DNA from: Minisyncoccota bacterium
GTDB taxonomy: Bacteria; Patescibacteriota; Minisyncoccia; UBA6257; XYB1-36-10
Assembly: GCA_041651415.1 (NCBI GenBank)
Contig: JBAZJH010000001.1
Coordinates: 151,713-215,712 of the forward strand
Length of the DNA: 64,000 nucleotides
Direction of reading: 5' to 3'
Position numbers and translations under genes: made by a program
In this document: piece after piece, positions 60,139-64,000 of the stretch
Layout of the letters: every line of letters begins with the position of its first letter
Numbering within the stretch: position 1 is the first letter of the stretch
Notes under the pieces: generated by a model
What the model saw: the letters and a program-made list of their open reading frames with translations, nothing else
Told to the model about the DNA's origin: nothing
Databases searched by the model: none

Positions 60139-63084
60139 GTGGAAAGCGTTTATTTAAAAAGATTTAAAGAAGAAATAGCAAAGCTCAATCCCGAGCAAAA
60201 AGAGGCGGTAGAAGCGATTGAAGGGCCAGTAATGGTGGTGGCAGGGCCGGGGACGGGAAAAACTCAGATTCTGACTTTACGAATCGCCAATATCTTGGAA
60301 AAAACCGACACAACGCCGGAAGCGATTCTCGCTTTGACTTTTACCGATTCGGCAACCGCTAATATGAAAAAGAGATTAGTTTCGATTATCGGCAGTCGAG
60401 GATATTACGCAACGATTTCAACATTCCACGGATTTTGCAATAAAATAATTCAGGAATATCCGGAATTCTTTCCAGAAATTATCGGCGGGAAAAGCATAGA
60501 TGAAATCGGCCGGACAGAACTTATCCAAGAGATAATCAGAAAAAATAAATTCAAAGAAATAAAACCGTTCGGCAATCCTTATTACTACACGCAAAAAATA
60601 ATTTCCACGATAAAAAAATTGAAGAATGAAGGAATCGCCGCAGCAGATTTAAAAAAAATAACGGAAAAAGAAGAAAGAGCTTTAAAAAAAGAAAAACTGC
60701 CGGCGGGAAAAAGAATGAAGGAAGAAAGGCGGATAAGAAAAAATAAAGAATTAAGCTTTGTTTATAAAGAATATCAAAAGGGACTCCGAAAAAAAGGATA
60801 TTATGATTTTGAGGATATGGTGCTTATGACTTTAAAGGCTTTAAAAAAGAACAAGGATTTTCTTTTGGAACTCCAAGAAACATACCAATATATATTAGTG
60901 GACGAGCACCAGGACACAAACGGAGCGCAAAACAAAGTGATTGAACTTCTGGGAAATTTTCACGAGAATCCGAATATTTTCGTGGTGGGAGACGAAAAGC
61001 AAGCCATTTTTCGTTTTCAAGGAGCATCGCTTGAAAATTTTCTCTTCTTTAAACAAAAATACAAAAAAGCCAAGCTGATAAATTTAAAGAGCAACTACCG
61101 CTCAACCCAGAATATACTCGACGCGGCGGACAGCTTGATAGAAAACAATCGAGAGAAAATTCCGGCAAAACTCAAAGCGGAAGCAAAAGGAAAAAGCGAG
61201 AAAATAAAAATTCGCGTTTTAACAAATAAAGAAGAAGAAATGGATTTTGTGGCGGAAAAAATAAAGGAAGAAATAAAAGAAGGAACGCAACCGGAAGAAA
61301 TAGGAGTGATTTTCAGAGAAAATAAAGACGCGGAGGATATTGCAGAAGCTTTAAAAAGAAAAGGAATAAATTTTTCCGTGGAATCGGACACGGATATTTT
61401 TCAAGACAGGGAAGTCCAAAAATTAATAACACTTTTGTCGGCAGTGGAAAAAATAGGAGATGACGAAAAGCTTTTACAGGCTTTGCATTTGGACTTCTTA
61501 AAAATAAAACAATTGGATATTTTTAAGCTTCTCGAAGCGAGAGAAAAAACAGGAACAGCGATTGTCAGAATAATTTCCGACCGAAGAAAAATGGCGGAAG
61601 CGGAAATAGAAGAAACAGAGAAAATTTTCGCTTTTTTTGAAAAACTTATGGAGTGGAAAAAGGAAAGCCATAATTACGGGCCAGTGGCAATTTTGGAAAA
61701 AACGATAAAAGATTCGGGGTTCTCGGAAAAAGTTTTGTCCCTTCCAAATTATTTTGAAATTCTGGAAAAAGTTTCAGTTTTATTTAAAGAAGCAAAAAGA
61801 ATGGCGGCAATCAGAAAAGAATATTCTTTGACTGATTTTTTGGAACACTTGGAGCTTTTAAAAGAAGAGGGAATCAGATTAAAAGGGAAAGAGACAAGAA
61901 GGGAAGGAATGGCGCGGCTTATGACTGCCCATAAAGCCAAGGGGCTTGAATTTGATGTTGTTTTTATTATTGGAGCAAGAGACGGGCATTTCGGAAATAA
62001 GAGAACAATGGAAGCATTTCAATTGCCGAACGAGCTTTCTTTTCGGGTGGAAAAAGCGGAAAAAAACGAAGACGAGAGAAGATTGTTTTATATGGCGATA
62101 ACAAGAGCGAGAAAAAAAGTTTTTATCACTTACCCCGAATATTCGGAAGAAGGCAAAGAGCAAGCGCCGTCGCAATTCATTGAGGAAATAAAAAAAGAGC
62201 TGAAAGAAGAGAGGAAAGAGGAAAAGAAAAAAAAAGAGTTTTATTTTTTAAAAAAAGACGAGAGAAAAGCGGAAGAAGCGGAAAAAAGTTTTCTGAAAGA
62301 GAAGTTTTTAAGAAAAGGACTTTCCGTGACAGCTTTAAACAATTATTTGGAATGCCCGTGGAAGTTTTTTTATGAAAGCTTGATAAAGATGCCGAAAATG
62401 AAGATGAAGCAGGCAAGCTTCGGAACGGCAACGCACGAGGCTTTAAACAGATTCTTCAATAAAAAAAGAAAGGGAGAAAAAGCGGACAGCAAATTTATTT
62501 TAAAAGAATTTGAAAGAGCTCTTAAATTAGAAGGATTAAGGGAAGAAGATTTCGAATCGGCTCTTTCAAAAGGAAAAAGAATTTTGCCGGATTTTTATAA
62601 CAACTACAAAGATATCTGGAACTATAACACCAAGAACGAAGTGAGAATAAGAGGAGAATTTTTTGATAAAGGAATAATCTTAAACGGAATGATAGACAAA
62701 ATGGAATTCATTACTCCCACTTCGCAGAAAATAGACATCGTGGATTATAAAACAGGAAAACCGAAAAGCCGGAACGAGATAGAAGGAAAAACAAAAACAA
62801 GCGGGGGAGAATATAAGAGACAGCTTGTTTTTTATAAAATTCTTCTTCAGGCCTTGCCGCAGAAATTTATTCTTGATAAGGCGATTCTTGATTTTGTAGA
62901 GCCGACAGATGGCGGAAAATTCAGAAAAGAATATTTTGAGATAAGCGAAAAAGAAACAGAGGATTTAAAAAAAGAAATAGAAAGAGTGTGGGAAGAGATA
63001 TTAAATTTTTCTTTTTGGAACGAGAGGTGCCAAGACAAGAAGTGCAAATATTGCCGATTAAGGGAGTTTGTAAAACACACTTGA
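60139..63084 (+). CDS. UvrD/PcrA-family SF1 helicase fused to a C-terminal PD-(D/E)xK (RecB/Cas4-like) nuclease domain with a Cys cluster (AddA-like single-chain helicase-nuclease)
   Basis: LNPEQKEAV...VVAGPGTGKTQ (Walker A), DEHQDTN (motif II), and the VGDEKQAIFRFQGA helicase motifs. C-terminal CPWKFFY...IDIVDYKTGKP...C..KKCKYC fits a nuclease + Fe-S Cys pattern. Confidence 0.75.
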   Translation: MESVYLKRFKEEIAKLNPEQKEAVEAIEGPVMVVAGPGTGKTQILTLRIANILEKTDTTPEAILALTFTDSATANMKKRLVSIIGSRGYYATISTFHGFCNKIIQEYPEFFPEIIGGKSIDEIGRTELIQEIIRKNKFKEIKPFGNPYYYTQKIISTIKKLKNEGIAAADLKKITEKEERALKKEKLPAGKRMKEERRIRKNKELSFVYKEYQKGLRKKGYYDFEDMVLMTLKALKKNKDFLLELQETYQYILVDEHQDTNGAQNKVIELLGNFHENPNIFVVGDEKQAIFRFQGASLENFLFFKQKYKKAKLINLKSNYRSTQNILDAADSLIENNREKIPAKLKAEAKGKSEKIKIRVLTNKEEEMDFVAEKIKEEIKEGTQPEEIGVIFRENKDAEDIAEALKRKGINFSVESDTDIFQDREVQKLITLLSAVEKIGDDEKLLQALHLDFLKIKQLDIFKLLEAREKTGTAIVRIISDRRKMAEAEIEETEKIFAFFEKLMEWKKESHNYGPVAILEKTIKDSGFSEKVLSLPNYFEILEKVSVLFKEAKRMAAIRKEYSLTDFLEHLELLKEEGIRLKGKETRREGMARLMTAHKAKGLEFDVVFIIGARDGHFGNKRTMEAFQLPNELSFRVEKAEKNEDERRLFYMAITRARKKVFITYPEYSEEGKEQAPSQFIEEIKKELKEERKEEKKKKEFYFLKKDERKAEEAEKSFLKEKFLRKGLSVTALNNYLECPWKFFYESLIKMPKMKMKQASFGTATHEALNRFFNKKRKGEKADSKFILKEFERALKLEGLREEDFESALSKGKRILPDFYNNYKDIWNYNTKNEVRIRGEFFDKGIILNGMIDKMEFITPTSQKIDIVDYKTGKPKSRNEIEGKTKTSGGEYKRQLVFYKILLQALPQKFILDKAILDFVEPTDGGKFRKEYFEISEKETEDLKKEIERVWEEILNFSFWNERCQDKKCKYCRLREFVKHT

Positions 63085-63156
63085 TTTTATTCTATGAATA
63101 TTGTAAAATAGTGTTAGAAATTCAAGTTTTAAATTCAAAGAAGAAAAGGATAGAGA

Positions 63157-63329
63157 AAATGGAAAAGAAATGGTTTAAAAAAGAGTTAACTGAGGGATTT
63201 GTTGTTGGTTTTCTGAATGCTCTAAAAGATGCAGGGGTAGCTCCGGAAGAAATAAAAGTCGCCTCTTCATCTTTTCATGAAGGAAGTTATCTGGTTTTTT
63301 ATTATTTTTACGAAGAGGTTATAAATTAG
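63157..63329 (+). CDS. Hypothetical small protein
   Basis: 57-codon ORF from MEKKWFKK. Weak support. Confidence 0.25.
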
Positions 63330-63421
63330 ATAGCCTTAAAAAGTTTAAGCTCGGGAATTTTTCCCGAGCTTTTTTGTTTTATTCAATAAGGCAAAAAACA
63401 TTTTATGCTATAATTTAGGGA

Positions 63422-64000
63422 ATGAGCGTCCTTTTTAGAGGAGTTTTTATTGTTGACGGAACAGGAGGAAAACCTTACCGAGGAGATGTTTTAATAAAGG
63501 AAGAAAAAATAGCGGCAGTGGGAAAAATTCCGGAATACAAAGCGGAAAAAATCATTGAAACGAATGATTTGTTTTTATCTCCCGGGTTTATTGATTTAGA
63601 TTCAAGGTCTGATTTTATTTCGTCAATTTTCAAAGACAAAGAACAAAGATATTACATAGGGCAGGGGATAACAACAATAGTTTTGGGGCAAGCCGGAGCG
63701 TCGCTTGCGCCAATGTTCGGCTTACAAGAGAACATAAGAAAAACTTGGTCTCCGGAAACGCTGAATTTTGATTGGGATTCTTTTCAGGAAATGGCGGAGA
63801 AACTGAAAAAAAACAGATTTGGCGTTAATTTTCACAGCTTAGCCGGACAAGCAAATATAAGAAATATAATTTTAGGGGAGAAAGAAGAAGGCGAAGCCAC
63901 GGAAAATGAAATAAGAGCGTTAAGAGGATCGGCAAGAAGAAGCTTAAAAGAAGGAGCGGTGGGAATATCTTTTGGCATGGGTTATTTTTATTCGCCAACC
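63422..64000 (+). CDS. Amidohydrolase family protein (N-acyl-D-amino-acid deacylase / D-aminoacylase-like), 3' end outside window
   Basis: MSVLFRGVFIVDGTGGKPYRGDVLIKEEKIAAVGKIP...LSPGFIDLDS is the typical amidohydrolase N-terminal beta-sandwich and start of the TIM barrel. The frame is open to the window end. Confidence 0.6.
   Translation, partial: MSVLFRGVFIVDGTGGKPYRGDVLIKEEKIAAVGKIPEYKAEKIIETNDLFLSPGFIDLDSRSDFISSIFKDKEQRYYIGQGITTIVLGQAGASLAPMFGLQENIRKTWSPETLNFDWDSFQEMAEKLKKNRFGVNFHSLAGQANIRNIILGEKEEGEATENEIRALRGSARRSLKEGAVGISFGMGYFYSPT

Noticed and set aside
1-64000. Possibility of an alternative genetic code (UGA recoded), as in some CPR lineages
   Set aside because: An RF2 gene with intact SPF/GGQ motifs is present, and many well-supported genes end in TGA (tnpA, the 33297-33842 ORF and others). 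The standard bacterial code applies.

Overview
This 64-kb window comes from a low-GC bacterial genome with small genes. The gene content suggests an uncultivated Patescibacteria/CPR-type organism, which is an inference: split comEC, GT39/GT4 glycosyltransferases, a DUF5659-like protein, a bacterial-type AspRS lacking the GAD insertion domain, a short DnaX, SIMPL paralogs, and a dispersed dcw cluster. The standard genetic code applies, since UGA is used as a stop and RF2 is present. Positions 1..9462 are the right-hand part of an integrated mobile element. It carries a GmrSD-like type IV restriction enzyme (DUF262+DUF1524), four tightly packed unknown cargo genes, a DUF5659-like gene, a zinc-ribbon + AAA_25 replication/primase-like gene, an Xis-like HTH gene and a large serine recombinase. 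The 3' end of the recombinase gene overlaps and rebuilds the 5' end of ychF. The rest of the window is housekeeping: ychF, pgk, rnhA, RNase P RNA (minus strand), mraZ-rsmH-ftsL-ftsI-murF, tpiA, hpf, secA, comEC (two ORFs), aspS, ftsB, prfB, ftsEX, an oxidative-folding set (thioredoxin/CcdA-like, DsbB-like, glutaredoxin-like), dnaX, ppiB-like, scpAB, a dacA-like gene, mraY and a UvrD-like helicase-nuclease. There are four tRNAs: Glu-CTC, Gly-CCC, Thr-CGT and Gln-CTG. The most distinctive non-genic content is an IS200/IS605-type Y1 transposase flanked by inverted CCACGGCC-N4-GGCCGTGG hairpins in a RAYT/REP-like arrangement. At least five dispersed 100-130 nt mosaic palindromic elements share that hairpin plus a GTTTCACCCCG..CGGGGTT / TTTCGCGGAGATTTAATAAAA module. 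Two other conserved hairpin families lie immediately upstream of start codons. Two long perfect palindromes share a GGTACATATGTACC core. A TTAGAATAAGAA motif occurs upstream of both pgk and tpiA. A small Lys-rich peptide gene contains an internal 27-nt tandem repeat.
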